From NCBI GenBank assembly GCA_963827655.1, contig CAWHCF010000007.1, forward strand, positions 1 through 64,000: a DNA stretch of 64,000 bases. Reading direction: 5' to 3'. Origin of the DNA: an uncultured Acidobacteriota bacterium (GTDB lineage Bacteria; Acidobacteriota; UBA6911). Below are positions 1 through 9,670 of this stretch, piece after piece. The notes under the pieces were generated by a model. It was not told where the DNA came from, made no database searches, and worked only from the letters and a program-made list of their open reading frames with translations. The stretch's first letter is position 1. Every line of letters starts with the position of its first letter. A program made the position numbers and the translations under genes.

Positions 1-17
1 CGCGGTTAGAGCTGTCT

Positions 18-58
18 AACAAATACCACTAAGACTCAAAGACTCGAAGAAACACTAA
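18..58 (+). repeat. Copy of dispersed octamer-periodic intergenic repeat (consensus ~AAACAAATACCACYAAGACRCGAAGACACGAAGAAACACYAAG)
   Basis: aacaaataccactaagactcaaagactcgaagaaacactaa; contains the stop codon of the 55..918 gene. Confidence 0.8.
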
Positions 59-918
59 CGGTCCGAAGTCGATACAACCCGGGCGCTGACCCGCGTCAAG
101 AGAAGGTTGAAGTAGGTAAAGCAACACTCGCCGTTATTCACCTTGACCGCGACCACGTTTCTGCCGGGGCGCAGGATGTCTTGAGGAATCGGAACGGGCT
201 GGACCGTTCCGTTCACTCCGCAGCGCTCCAACGGATCGTTGACACAGCCGCCCCGGTTCTCCCGGGCTCCCCAGTGTCCCAGGGACCGGCCGTTGACATA
301 GATCCAGATCCCGTCGTCGCTGCTGAAAACCGCGCTTAGTGATTCAAGCGCGTCCTTGAGGTGAAAGTAGCTGCGGTAGAATCGCGCGTGCTTTACCTCG
401 TCGCCGAAGGAATTATCGTCGGGAAGCTCAATCTGCTCCCAGTCGACGTCGTCGAATTCCGTCTCGAACCAGTGGCGGCCGCTCCGGTCGCGCGGCCCTT
501 TGTTTTTTGTCACCGGCGAGGCCAGCCACTCGGCAGCCCCTTCAAGCTCCAGTCGACCTCGGGAACGAATTTCGGCGTCCCGGTCGAGGAATTCGACGGT
601 CAGCTCCACACGGCTTCCTTCGACCGTTCCAACCGCGCGTCCGGCCGGCGCGTCTGAATCACCCTGGTGAAGCTTCAATTCAAGCTTCCCGTCCGACAGG
701 GTCCCTTCCAGCCGATACTCGCCCAACTCTCGCAGGCGGAGGTTGCCGGAAACTGACGCGGTCAGCTCAATCCAGGCCGAGGCGCTGACTGGAATCGGGG
801 CCCGACGCTGGCTGCTCGGAAACTCGGGTGTGAAGAAGCCGCTGAAGTTGCGCGCATGAGCCGTCGCACTGAAAAGCAAGAGAGCAACAAGAATTCTGGT
901 CACGGCTGCAGGTCTCAT
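55..918 (-). CDS. Secreted hypothetical protein with C-terminal beta-sandwich (galactose-binding/PA14-like) carbohydrate-processing domain
   Basis: 287-aa ORF; N-terminal signal peptide (VALLLFSATAHA); C-terminal motifs SDDGIWIYVNG and LRPGRNVVAVKVNN typical of GH2-type jelly-roll sugar-binding domains. Confidence 0.6.
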   Translation of the reverse strand: MRPAAVTRILVALLLFSATAHARNFSGFFTPEFPSSQRRAPIPVSASAWIELTASVSGNLRLRELGEYRLEGTLSDGKLELKLHQGDSDAPAGRAVGTVEGSRVELTVEFLDRDAEIRSRGRLELEGAAEWLASPVTKNKGPRDRSGRHWFETEFDDVDWEQIELPDDNSFGDEVKHARFYRSYFHLKDALESLSAVFSSDDGIWIYVNGRSLGHWGARENRGGCVNDPLERCGVNGTVQPVPIPQDILRPGRNVVAVKVNNGECCFTYFNLLLTRVSARVVSTSDR

Positions 919-1101
919 CTCAGTCTTGCTATAGTGGACGCAAAGCTACGGCCGCTGGTTCACCAGGCGCACAAGATTCTTAGGCGCTTAGCGAAACGTT
1001 CAAACCAACATGTTGTCGTTCATAAGGTGCCTTCGTTCGGGGCGAAGTCCCCAACGAACCTTAGTTCTTGGTGCCTTTGCGTCTTGGTGGTATTCGTGGC
1101 G

Positions 1102-1818
1102 CTAGCGAGTCTTTGGCGGTTCACCCTTCGGCCAAAGGATGTGGGATGGGGCATGCCGTCTCACGCGAATGTTCCGGAACTCCGCCGGCACGCCCTCGGC
1201 CTGCAGCGCGATGTGCCCGATTCGTGGATTCGAGTTGGCCCCCAGGCCGATCACCGCGCCGTTCAGCACGGTAGCAACGCGCCCTTCCTCCGAATACACC
1301 TCGTAAGTGTTCCACTCACCCACCGGCTTCGAATTCTCGTGGATCATCTCGCCCCCCTCCAGATACGCTCCCTGGATCGGGAAGATGCGCCCCATGTGCG
1401 CCTGGTAAAGCTGGCACTCAATCGCCTGCGGCCACACGTCATCGCGCTGGATATGAATCAGCACGCCGCTGTTGCCGCGCTCCGTGAATCTCACCTCCAC
1501 GTGGAAGACAAAGTTGTCGTAGACGTCGCCCGTTCGGATGTAGCCGTTCGGCTTGCCTGTCGTCTTGAGCAGGCCGTTCTCGATATAAAAAGTCGACTGC
1601 TCGGTCATTCTCTCGTCGAAGAAGCGCCGTGACTTGCCTTCCTCCGCGCGCAGTACGACCACGAGTTTCCCGAAATCCTTGCCATCGAACAGCGACGTCC
1701 AGCCTTCGTTATAGTGCTGATCCGGGTCGCGCATATCGCCCGATCGCTGAGGGCGAATCAACTGGCCGGCCGCGATCGGGGCCGCGGTGAACAGGCTTAC
1801 AAAGGACCTGCGTTTCAT
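1102..1818 (-). CDS. DUF1080 (3-keto-disaccharide hydrolase-like) protein, Tat-exported
   Basis: MKRRSF twin-arginine signal; motifs GWTSLFDGK, GNSGV, IECQL, GEWNTYEV, GHIALQAEG..EFRNIRV. Confidence 0.88.
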   Translation of the reverse strand: MKRRSFVSLFTAAPIAAGQLIRPQRSGDMRDPDQHYNEGWTSLFDGKDFGKLVVVLRAEEGKSRRFFDERMTEQSTFYIENGLLKTTGKPNGYIRTGDVYDNFVFHVEVRFTERGNSGVLIHIQRDDVWPQAIECQLYQAHMGRIFPIQGAYLEGGEMIHENSKPVGEWNTYEVYSEEGRVATVLNGAVIGLGANSNPRIGHIALQAEGVPAEFRNIRVRRHAPSHILWPKGEPPKTR

Positions 1819-1980
1819 TGGCGCCTCCTCCCAAACTTAGCATAGAAAAGAAAACCGTCTTGCACGTTTCCTGGTTTGAGATTGTCATGAGAACGTTTAT
1901 TATCCACCCTTTGCACCTGGCAATACGTTACGAAAACCAGACGCGTGCGAGACGTCTCATTTTCCCATAAGGAGATCCAC

Positions 1981-2484
1981 ATGGCTTCAGTTACTTTTAA
2001 AGGAAATCCAGTAACCCTTGTCGGAAACGAAGTCAAAGTCGGGCAGCCAGCGCCGGATTTCACGGCGCAACGCGCCGACGATATGAGCAATTACACCGTC
2101 ACCACATCGGCCGGAAAAACTCGCATTCTGGTCTCCGTGCCGTCGCTCGATACGCCGGTATGCGATATGGAGTCGCGCCGCTTCAACCAGGAGGCGGCCA
2201 AGCTCCCCAACGTCGAGATCGTCTGCGTCAGCATGGATCTCCCCTTCGCGCAGAAGCGGTGGTGCGGCGCCGCCGGCGTCGACAAGCTCATCACCGTTAG
2301 CGATCACCGCGATGGCTCGTTCGGCAAGAATTACGGCGTCCTGATCAGCGGCGGACCATTGGATCGGCTGGACGCGCGAGCGGTGTTTGTCGTGGGCGCC
2401 GACAATAAGGTCAAATACGTAGAGTATGTCCGTGATATCGCAGAACAACCAAACTACGAGGCAGCCCTGGCTGCGGCGCGGTGA
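1981..2484 (+). CDS. tpx: Thiol peroxidase (Tpx-type atypical 2-Cys peroxiredoxin)
   Basis: MASVTFKGNPV start after AAGGAG RBS; PSLDTPVC, SMDLPFAQKRWCG motifs. Confidence 0.95.
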   Translation: MASVTFKGNPVTLVGNEVKVGQPAPDFTAQRADDMSNYTVTTSAGKTRILVSVPSLDTPVCDMESRRFNQEAAKLPNVEIVCVSMDLPFAQKRWCGAAGVDKLITVSDHRDGSFGKNYGVLISGGPLDRLDARAVFVVGADNKVKYVEYVRDIAEQPNYEAALAAAR

Positions 2485-2537
2485 TCGCGTCTGACCGTGG
2501 ACTCGAGGGCCTGTTCGTCAACCGTGAATTTCCGGCG

Positions 2538-3707
2538 CTAGCCGGCGTACGAATACCGGGCCTGTTCCAGGGTCAAGCCCAGGACCTCGATCCGGGAGAG
2601 GTCGGCCGTTCCGACTCCGAGTTGCTCTGCGAGGAGCAACTGGTTGTCGCACTTCTCGAATGGAGGCATTCCGCTCGCGGCGCGCGGGTTCGAGTAGCCC
2701 ATCACGGCTGCCGCTACCGCATCCGTCGAAACCGGATTAAGCCCCACGACGAGAACTCCCGGCTCGGTAAACCGGAGCGGCGGCGTCCAGGGACCTTCGC
2801 CTCCGGCCATTGACGTAATTCCGTCCACGATCGCCAGGTCTACCGGGCGGGCGGCGCATATGTCGGCCACCACTCGAGGCACATGATATCCCGAGCCATG
2901 GGGCTGCGATCCCTGAATGCCGCCGGGAAACCGCCGGCCGTCCCAGACGCTGCGCTCATGCATACGGCCGCGGCCCTTGAGGGCGTCCTCGCGCACGGCT
3001 TCGTCACCGTAAAGAGCATTGGGCGTGAGGCCGAACAAGTTTTTCATCGAAAGGGTCACGCCGGCGGTCTTGTGGTTCTTTAGTTTGGCGAGCGAAACAA
3101 ACACGTCGGTGTCGGCATAGGAATGGTTCAGCTCGAAGTACTCGAAGAGGTGTCCGCCCGACGGCACGGGGAGCCGCGAGTAGCGCTTCCCGCTCCCCAG
3201 GTTGCGCGTGTTCTCGAACTCGACGCTGCCGAGCGCTGCGAGCGCCTTTACGTCCCAACCTGCGGCCGTCGCGATCTGCTCCAGGGGGTCGGGAAACGGG
3301 GACGACTCGACAAAGCGGACTCGCCGGGCTCCCTCGCGCAGGAGGATGGCGGCGAGCGCGGCCGCTGTGTCGCCGTGAGTGATGTAGGTTTCGCCTGGCG
3401 GGCGATCGAAGAGTGATTCGAAGGGGCTCCCGGCCGGTGTGGTCAGATTGACTTTTACCGTGACGGTCTTGCCGCGAACCAGGCGCCCCGCACCGCCCAG
3501 GAGGTCCAGGCCCTTATCCAGAGCCTTCATCGCGTCCCGGCCATACGAGAGGCAGGTCACGATCCCGACTTTGGCCGCCGCAAGGGCGCTCGCGGAAATC
3601 GGCCGGCCACCCGCCTCCGGAAGTTTCTGGCGCGAGCACGACGCGATGAGCGGCGCGACGGCGGCCAGCGTTCCCATTCGAAGGAAATGACGGCGGTAAC
3701 AGTCCAT
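2538..3707 (-). CDS. DUF362 domain protein, Tat-exported
   Basis: RRHFL Tat signal; KVNL, AKLKNH..GVTLSMKNLFG, DGI..M.GGEGP, PVSTDAV motifs. Confidence 0.85.
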   Translation of the reverse strand: MDCYRRHFLRMGTLAAVAPLIASCSRQKLPEAGGRPISASALAAAKVGIVTCLSYGRDAMKALDKGLDLLGGAGRLVRGKTVTVKVNLTTPAGSPFESLFDRPPGETYITHGDTAAALAAILLREGARRVRFVESSPFPDPLEQIATAAGWDVKALAALGSVEFENTRNLGSGKRYSRLPVPSGGHLFEYFELNHSYADTDVFVSLAKLKNHKTAGVTLSMKNLFGLTPNALYGDEAVREDALKGRGRMHERSVWDGRRFPGGIQGSQPHGSGYHVPRVVADICAARPVDLAIVDGITSMAGGEGPWTPPLRFTEPGVLVVGLNPVSTDAVAAAVMGYSNPRAASGMPPFEKCDNQLLLAEQLGVGTADLSRIEVLGLTLEQARYSYAG

Positions 3708-3766
3708 GCTCCCCTCCTTTTGGTTGCCGACGGTTCTGGAATCTGACGCACATTATATTCCGCAGA

Positions 3767-3825
3767 GCGAAACCAATACCACTAGGACACAAAGACACGA
3801 AGAAACACCAAGAATTCTTGCCAAA
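3767..3825 (+). repeat. Copy of dispersed octamer-periodic repeat
   Basis: gcgaaaccaataccactaggacacaaagacacgaagaaacaccaagaattcttgccaaa; very similar to 28430-28487. Confidence 0.8.
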
Positions 3826-3845
3826 CATGCTTAGAGGATAACTTG

Positions 3846-4289
3846 ATGAGATACGAATCCTGCCTCGTCGCCGCAGCTCTCCTTCTGATCAGCGCCGGAT
3901 GCTCTCGTGATGCGGATCCCGGCGCCACCCCGGCGCCGCCTGACGTCGCCGCTCCCCCTCCTGATGCCGATGGAACGCCCGAGGGAGTGTCGTCCAGGGT
4001 GCTCCGGAAAGGAACCGGAACCCGACGCCCGGCGCCGAATGACAATGTGACGGTCCACTACACAGGGTGGACGACCGACGGCAAGATGTTCGACAGTTCC
4101 GTGGCCAGCGGCCAGCCCACGACCTTCAGGCTCAACGAGGTCATCCCGGGCTGGACCATCGGCGTCGGGCTCATGGTCGAAGGGGAGAAGCGCCGGCTAT
4201 GGATCCCCGAGAAACTGGCCTACGAGGGCCGACCCGGCGCTCCGGCGGGAATGCTCGTGTTCGACGTTGAGCTGATCAGGATCCAGTAG
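3846..4289 (+). CDS. FKBP-type peptidyl-prolyl cis-trans isomerase, probable lipoprotein
   Basis: VTVHYTGWTTDGKMFDSS, VIPGW, GEKRRLWIP..LAY, LVFDVEL; lipobox-like LISAGC. Confidence 0.93.
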   Translation: MRYESCLVAAALLLISAGCSRDADPGATPAPPDVAAPPPDADGTPEGVSSRVLRKGTGTRRPAPNDNVTVHYTGWTTDGKMFDSSVASGQPTTFRLNEVIPGWTIGVGLMVEGEKRRLWIPEKLAYEGRPGAPAGMLVFDVELIRIQ

Positions 4290-4378
4290 GCCTAACCGCC
4301 AAGGCGCGATGAGATGCGGCCGGGACGCCGGACCCAACGAAACTCGGCCACAAGCTTGCGCACTCCAAAGCCTCAGCC

Positions 4379-5398
4379 TCAGTACCCTTTCTGCTTGTCA
4401 ACGACATTGAGCAGGGGCTTGCCCTCGGAAAAGCGGCGTATGTTCTCTTTGATCGTTCCGACCATCCGGTCGCGATCCTTATCGGAGCGGCCGGCGATGT
4501 GCGGCGTAATGATGGCATTGGCGCATTTCCAGAGCGGGTGGCCTTTGGGCAGCGGCTCCGGAGTGGTCACGTCAACCCCCGCTCCTGCCAGCTGGTGCGT
4601 TTCGAGGGCACTCACCAGGCCGTTCAGGTCATACAGGCCGCCGCGGCTGACCGCGATGAAGTAGGACCCCTTTTTCATAAGCTGGAACTGTTTCGGGCCC
4701 ATCATCTTGTCACTCATAGGCGTATGGGGCGCGGCGACGAAGACCACATCGGCTTCGGGCAGGACGGTGTCGAGCTGGTCCGGCTTCACTAACTTCTTGA
4801 GAATCGGCATGTAGGGTATGTCTTCAGGATCGACCCCGATAACGCCCATCCCATGCGCCCAGGCTCGGAAAGCGATCTGCGTTCCGATGCCGCCTACTCC
4901 GATCACGACTGCGGTGCGGCCGTTCAACTCGATGCCCGCGTACGGCCGCGGCTGCCAGAGTTCCTGCTGCTTGTGATTGAGGAAGGTGTGGATGCCGCGC
5001 GAGAGCGTAAGCAACATGGCCATGGCGTGATCGGCGATCTCGGGTCCCTGCACGATCTGGTTGTTGGTGAGAACGATGTCGCTGTCGCGCAGAGCTGTTC
5101 CGCCGGAAAGGTGCAGCAGGCGTTCGACCCCGGCGCTCATGGTCTGGACCCATTTGAGTTTCTTGCCCGCTCGCACCTGTTCAGACGTGATCTCCCCGAT
5201 GAACCCGTCGGCATCGACAATCTCTTGCATGACGTTCTGCTGGGTCACCTGAATCACTTTAGCCTGAGGAGTCACGCTCTGAAGCGCTTTGAGCAACTCC
5301 TGGTCAGGGTTGCTGAGGAGGATTTTTTTGGGTTGCGCCTGCGCCGCGAGATCGGTGGCGAAGGCAACTATTGACAGGAAAGCAACTAAGCAGCGCAT
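4379..5398 (-). CDS. D-2-hydroxyacid dehydrogenase (NAD-dependent) with N-terminal signal-like peptide
   Basis: GVGGIG Rossmann motif, AVSRGG, GVDVTTPEPLP..HPLW, TPHIAG; start placed at ATG 5398 after AAAGGAG rather than at 5611. Confidence 0.88.
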   Translation of the reverse strand: MRCLVAFLSIVAFATDLAAQAQPKKILLSNPDQELLKALQSVTPQAKVIQVTQQNVMQEIVDADGFIGEITSEQVRAGKKLKWVQTMSAGVERLLHLSGGTALRDSDIVLTNNQIVQGPEIADHAMAMLLTLSRGIHTFLNHKQQELWQPRPYAGIELNGRTAVVIGVGGIGTQIAFRAWAHGMGVIGVDPEDIPYMPILKKLVKPDQLDTVLPEADVVFVAAPHTPMSDKMMGPKQFQLMKKGSYFIAVSRGGLYDLNGLVSALETHQLAGAGVDVTTPEPLPKGHPLWKCANAIITPHIAGRSDKDRDRMVGTIKENIRRFSEGKPLLNVVDKQKGY

Positions 5399-5514
5399 TG
5401 TTAGGTCTCCTTTGAAGAATGCGACATTGTAACGCAATTGTCCCAGTGGATCGCGAGAACGTTTTCCCAGCGTGTTTGCGTCTTGGTGGATCTTGCCTGG
5501 CGGCGCGGGCTTGT

Positions 5515-5735
5515 CTTTGAAATCCATGTATTGCCGCCAGTCGTACTGGGTGACGTCGTCCTTGCCCGACCGGATCTGGTAACCGGTCGTGTTCATAGTC
5601 GGTCTATTCATCCGCGCATCTCATCAATGCTCAGGCCGTCTGTTCCCGGCAGGCGATAGACAGGATGGGCATGACGGACGGAAGGAACTCGCCCTGCGGA
5701 TTGACCCACAGATCCTCTCTGCCTCCTGCGATTGC
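5515..5735 (-). pseudogene. C-terminal remnant of a CE15-type (glucuronoyl/acetylxylan) esterase
   Basis: Broken translation EDLWVNPQGEFL...PVYRLPGTDGL...GYQIRSGKDDVTQYDWRQYMDF resembles the CE15 C-terminus (W.DP.GEF, GYHIR.G.HDVT.YDW); no N-terminus. Confidence 0.6.
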
Positions 5736-6065
5736 GCACCGGCCAAAAACGCAGCCAGGAACGGCATAGAATCACAGGATTCATAGCGCGGGCTTTTCGT
5801 GAGAGATGGTTAACCGCCGAGACAAGAAGAACGCAAAGATCCGCTCGTCGCAGAGCTTCATCCCTTCTCGAATCTCAATTCTAGTCAATGCGTGATGGAA
5901 GGAAAGACAAATCTATCGTCCCCGCAACCTGGACCCGAGGAGGCCGCGTTACTCCAAGAGCCTGACCTTGACGGTGCTCGACCCCGGGATGGTGGCCCAT
6001 CAAGAAAAGTAAATCGAATGTTGTTTGAACCCATTCGCGTTGTTAAACGGGCCGCGCGCCGTGTC

Positions 6066-6782
6066 CTACCTGCCGGCCGCCTGGTCCGCCAACTGCAGCG
6101 CCTGACGGACGCGCTGACCGACGACGGGGTCGGCGTGGTCCATCAGCGCCCGCCATCGGCCGATCGCCACGGGGGCGCGCAGCGTCAGAAGGAGAGCGAG
6201 AGGCCGCTCTCGATACTCTCGCGGCCCATGGCGTACCTCATCGACGAGTTTGTCGACGAGGGCGGAAAGCTGCGCGTCGTCCCGGCGCAGCTCGAACTCT
6301 AACCGCACCTCGACGAGTGGTGCGTCGCCAGCAGGCGTGAGCGACGCCTGGTGGTCGGCGGTCAGCGGAAGCGGCCGCCGGCAGGCAACGACCAGTTGGC
6401 CTGATGCGCCGGGCTCGAGCAGGTCCAGCGAGTTTTCGAGGCGAACGAACTGGTTAACGACAAGCGTCTGTCGATAAACCTTGGTCGGCTCGACCGTCAC
6501 TACCGTCGCCGGGCCGCCCTCCCAGGCAACGTCCTTGTAGGGGTCGGGAAGCGTGACTCCGGCCATCGTGGCGACGAAGGAGAAAGATCCAGGTCGCTGA
6601 CGCGCCCGGTCGCCGTTGACGAACAAGTGGAGCGCGCGTGCGCCGGCGTTGTCGATGAAGAATTCCACTTCGACCGGCCCGCCCGCGAGCAGGGGCTCGG
6701 CCTCGATGACGCGAAACCCCGACGCCACCTGCAGCTCGAGGGAAATGGAAACGAGGTCGACTTTGCCCTCACGGCTCGACAT
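6066..6782 (-). CDS. Hypothetical protein (238 aa), partner of the upstream DUF4157 gene; HEAT-like C-terminus
   Basis: Starts 5 nt after the DUF4157 stop (MSSREGKVDLV...); the longer 492-aa ORF extension overlaps the upstream gene and is shadow. Confidence 0.6.
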   Translation of the reverse strand: MSSREGKVDLVSISLELQVASGFRVIEAEPLLAGGPVEVEFFIDNAGARALHLFVNGDRARQRPGSFSFVATMAGVTLPDPYKDVAWEGGPATVVTVEPTKVYRQTLVVNQFVRLENSLDLLEPGASGQLVVACRRPLPLTADHQASLTPAGDAPLVEVRLEFELRRDDAQLSALVDKLVDEVRHGPREYRERPLALLLTLRAPVAIGRWRALMDHADPVVGQRVRQALQLADQAAGR

Positions 6783-6787
6783 GATTG

Positions 6788-9436
6788 CTAGAGGAAACGT
6801 ACGCTCAGACGCTTGCGCAGCGCCAGGATCGAATCGGTCGCGGTGACCGTCACCGTCCCTGTGAATCCCGCCGGTCGGGTCACGACCGTCAACATCGCGC
6901 CGCCGGGGCCCGCGAGCGCCGGGGCGACCGTTACCCCGCGGGCCGCCGAGGTGGCGTCGACCGACCAGTTCACCTGGCGGTCGGCAGGCGCGCCGGTAAT
7001 CGTCACCGTCGTGATCGGGGCGCCCGCCGGCACCGTTGACGGCGCTGCGACCATGCCGGTCAGCCTCACCGGAGCCACCCGGATCGGCGTGTCGACGCGG
7101 CGGTTGGGGAAGACCGTGTCCTGGGCGCGCACGCGGAAGTTGCCAGCCCGCATGCCGGCGCGCACGGTCGCGGCCGCTGGCAGCACCGCCGGGTTGCCCG
7201 CAGTAATCAAAATGTCGCCGTCGAGCACGGTCCACTGCACGGTGCGTCCCGGGATGGCGACGCCAGCGGGGCTTTGTGCGTTGACAGTGAGGTTCGCGGT
7301 CGACACGCCGTCGGCGGAAAGGGTCGCTGCTCCAGCCGCTGTCGGCGTCGCGGTGACGCCGGCGAGCACGATCAGCGGGGGCCCGACCCCGACATACGGC
7401 TCGTTGCCCACCGGCGTCAGAGTTACGCCTGGAAAGATATGCTCGGTCAAGAATCGGAAGTTGTTCGCGCCTTGTTCGACCAGCGTCTTCTGCTGACGGC
7501 CCGAGGCGAACACATTGCTGAAAACGGCACCACCCCCCTGCCAAGAGAAGTAGATGAATTCCTGCCGCAACACGATGCCACGCGGGAGGTGCGGCACACC
7601 CGGCCCGACGAAGCGGTTGACGTCGATCGAAACCGCCGCCGTTCCGGGAATGGGAGCCATGGCCACTGCGCCGATCTGGTCCACCCAGCCGTTCGCCGGC
7701 ACTGCCAGCGCGAGGTTGGGGACCGGATTGTACGCGCCATTGACCGGTCCCCGACCGAGTTGGTCACTGATCAGGGTGACCTGCTCGCCGACAATGCGGT
7801 CGAGCGCGTTGGCAGTCGTATCGGAGCGCGCGAACGTGATCGTGCTTAGGAACCCATAGGGTGCTCCGAGGGCGCCGGAGTTGACGAGCGCGCTGACCCG
7901 CAAGGGAACCGGGTTGATCGCCAGCTCGGCCATCAGCGCGGCGCCCCCCGCCAGTGACGGCGCCGCTTCGTCGAGACGTGCGCCCGTCGCGGTATCCGTG
8001 ACTCGGAGTTGCATGTTGCCGGTCTGCCTTCCGGGCGTAATGATGTTTCCGGCGACCGCACCACCGAGCGAGCGACGAAAGGCGACATTGATCGGACGCC
8101 CCAAAGGCGCCGTCGTTGCCACGACGGCGACTGTGTTGCCGTTGATGCCGTCGCGGTTGGGCTCTCCCGTGTTGGCCGGCGGCGCACCTGGAACCAGCGA
8201 CGGCACGCCGATGAACGCCGGATTGTTGTTGTAGACGGCATTCACCACTTGTACCAGGTTAATGGCGGCCGAATCGGCTTCGTCCGGGATACCACCGGGC
8301 GGTGTGGTCAGCCCAGCCCGCACCGTGATCGGCGTACCGCCGATTAAGGTGCCAGGCGGCGGCTGGACGGAGCGGACGCTCACGCGCCGACCTGCGCCGA
8401 TGATCGAGACGCCGGCGGGAACGGCGCCGCCGGGGTTGATGGTCCAGGTGAGCGCCGGATTGGCGGGCGCACCGGCCCCGACTGTGGCGGTGGCGGTGAT
8501 GTCACGTCCGCCGACCCCCAATTCCAGGGCCGATGGCGTCACGAGGGTGACGCGTGGAATCGCCTGCACCCCGCTCGCAACGCCCTTGTCCTGCTGGACC
8601 ACGTGCGCCAGCTCGTGCGCGAGCGTGCGCTGGTGTGCCGGAGCCTCCGGGTTCTCGACCTTGCTGCCGAAGACAATGTGGCGGCCGTGCGTGAAGGCGC
8701 GCGCGCCCAGCCCCTCGGCGGCTTCGGCAGCGGTCTGTCCCGAATGCAGGCGTACGCCGCCGAAGCTCCAACCGAATGCTGCCTCGTACCTGTGGCGCAG
8801 ATCCGGCGACATGGGAATGCCCGAACCGAGCCCGGGGACGCCCGAAGTCGGCACCGAGGGTGTCGACGGCCGGGGCGCGGCCGCGCCCCGTGTGCTCCTG
8901 CCTTGCGCTACCTGATCGGCGGCCCGGTCCGCTTCAATCTCGTGCGACTCGCTGCCCCCGGCAACCTCGATCTGCGGCTGCCGAACCGCTTCAAAACTGC
9001 CTTCATGGGCTGATCGCTGCACCACTGCTTCCATTTGCACCGGCTTTTCGTCTTTCTCCTCATCCGGAATCATCTGCCGTTGGACCATGGGCGCAATGGA
9101 AACCGCAAACGGTGTCATCTGCACCGGTTGGTTCTCCTTGTCTTCGTCTTCTTCGGAGAGTGCCTTACGCTGAACTGATGGCTGGATCCTAAGGCCAAGT
9201 GAACGCATGACCTGCTCCGCCCCGCGGTCCCCTTTACGTTCGTAGGGATCGCCCGGATCAATCGCCTCGAGTTTCTTCCGGATCCGGCGTCCCACGGCGC
9301 GATTGCCGATGGTACGTTGCAGCTGGAGGATGCGCTGGACTGAGGTGACGGGTTGGGTCTGCTCCTGACCAGGAACGTCTGCATCATTTTTCCTGCGGGT
9401 CTTTGTGGCCTTTGATTCGAGCAGTTCGTGTTCCAT
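6788..9436 (-). CDS. DUF4157 (eCIS core domain) protein with Ig-like C-terminal region
   Basis: LQLQRTIGNRAV, VQR repeats, FG.SFGGVRLH...ARAFTHGRHIVF...TLAHELAHVVQQ (HExxH) signature; Gly/Ala/Val/Thr/Pro-rich beta C-terminus. Confidence 0.88.
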   Translation of the reverse strand: MEHELLESKATKTRRKNDADVPGQEQTQPVTSVQRILQLQRTIGNRAVGRRIRKKLEAIDPGDPYERKGDRGAEQVMRSLGLRIQPSVQRKALSEEDEDKENQPVQMTPFAVSIAPMVQRQMIPDEEKDEKPVQMEAVVQRSAHEGSFEAVRQPQIEVAGGSESHEIEADRAADQVAQGRSTRGAAAPRPSTPSVPTSGVPGLGSGIPMSPDLRHRYEAAFGWSFGGVRLHSGQTAAEAAEGLGARAFTHGRHIVFGSKVENPEAPAHQRTLAHELAHVVQQDKGVASGVQAIPRVTLVTPSALELGVGGRDITATATVGAGAPANPALTWTINPGGAVPAGVSIIGAGRRVSVRSVQPPPGTLIGGTPITVRAGLTTPPGGIPDEADSAAINLVQVVNAVYNNNPAFIGVPSLVPGAPPANTGEPNRDGINGNTVAVVATTAPLGRPINVAFRRSLGGAVAGNIITPGRQTGNMQLRVTDTATGARLDEAAPSLAGGAALMAELAINPVPLRVSALVNSGALGAPYGFLSTITFARSDTTANALDRIVGEQVTLISDQLGRGPVNGAYNPVPNLALAVPANGWVDQIGAVAMAPIPGTAAVSIDVNRFVGPGVPHLPRGIVLRQEFIYFSWQGGGAVFSNVFASGRQQKTLVEQGANNFRFLTEHIFPGVTLTPVGNEPYVGVGPPLIVLAGVTATPTAAGAATLSADGVSTANLTVNAQSPAGVAIPGRTVQWTVLDGDILITAGNPAVLPAAATVRAGMRAGNFRVRAQDTVFPNRRVDTPIRVAPVRLTGMVAAPSTVPAGAPITTVTITGAPADRQVNWSVDATSAARGVTVAPALAGPGGAMLTVVTRPAGFTGTVTVTATDSILALRKRLSVRFL

Positions 9437-9670
9437 GGCCTGTCTCACGCCTGAGTTCGATTCGAATGAAGATATTGTGAACTTGCCAAGTTGTCAAACT
9501 TGCCAAGATCCGTAAGCACGTGGTTCCGCGGCAACTTTAGAAGCAGGTAAACCTTCCGAGAATCAGCTTGTAGGATGGCGAAACCAATCATTGAAATCCT
9601 ATCATTGTTCGGCCCACCCGAGATACGCAAACGTATAGGCCGGCTCAAAGCAGAACTTCTCGGAGCTTCG

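Noticed and set aside
6783-7544. N-terminal half of the 492-aa ORF 6066..7544
   Set aside because: Arg-rich out-of-frame shadow of the DUF4157 gene; the real gene likely starts at 6782.
6788-9436. A complete eCIS/contractile injection locus
   Set aside because: No sheath, tube, baseplate or AAA-ATPase genes in the window.
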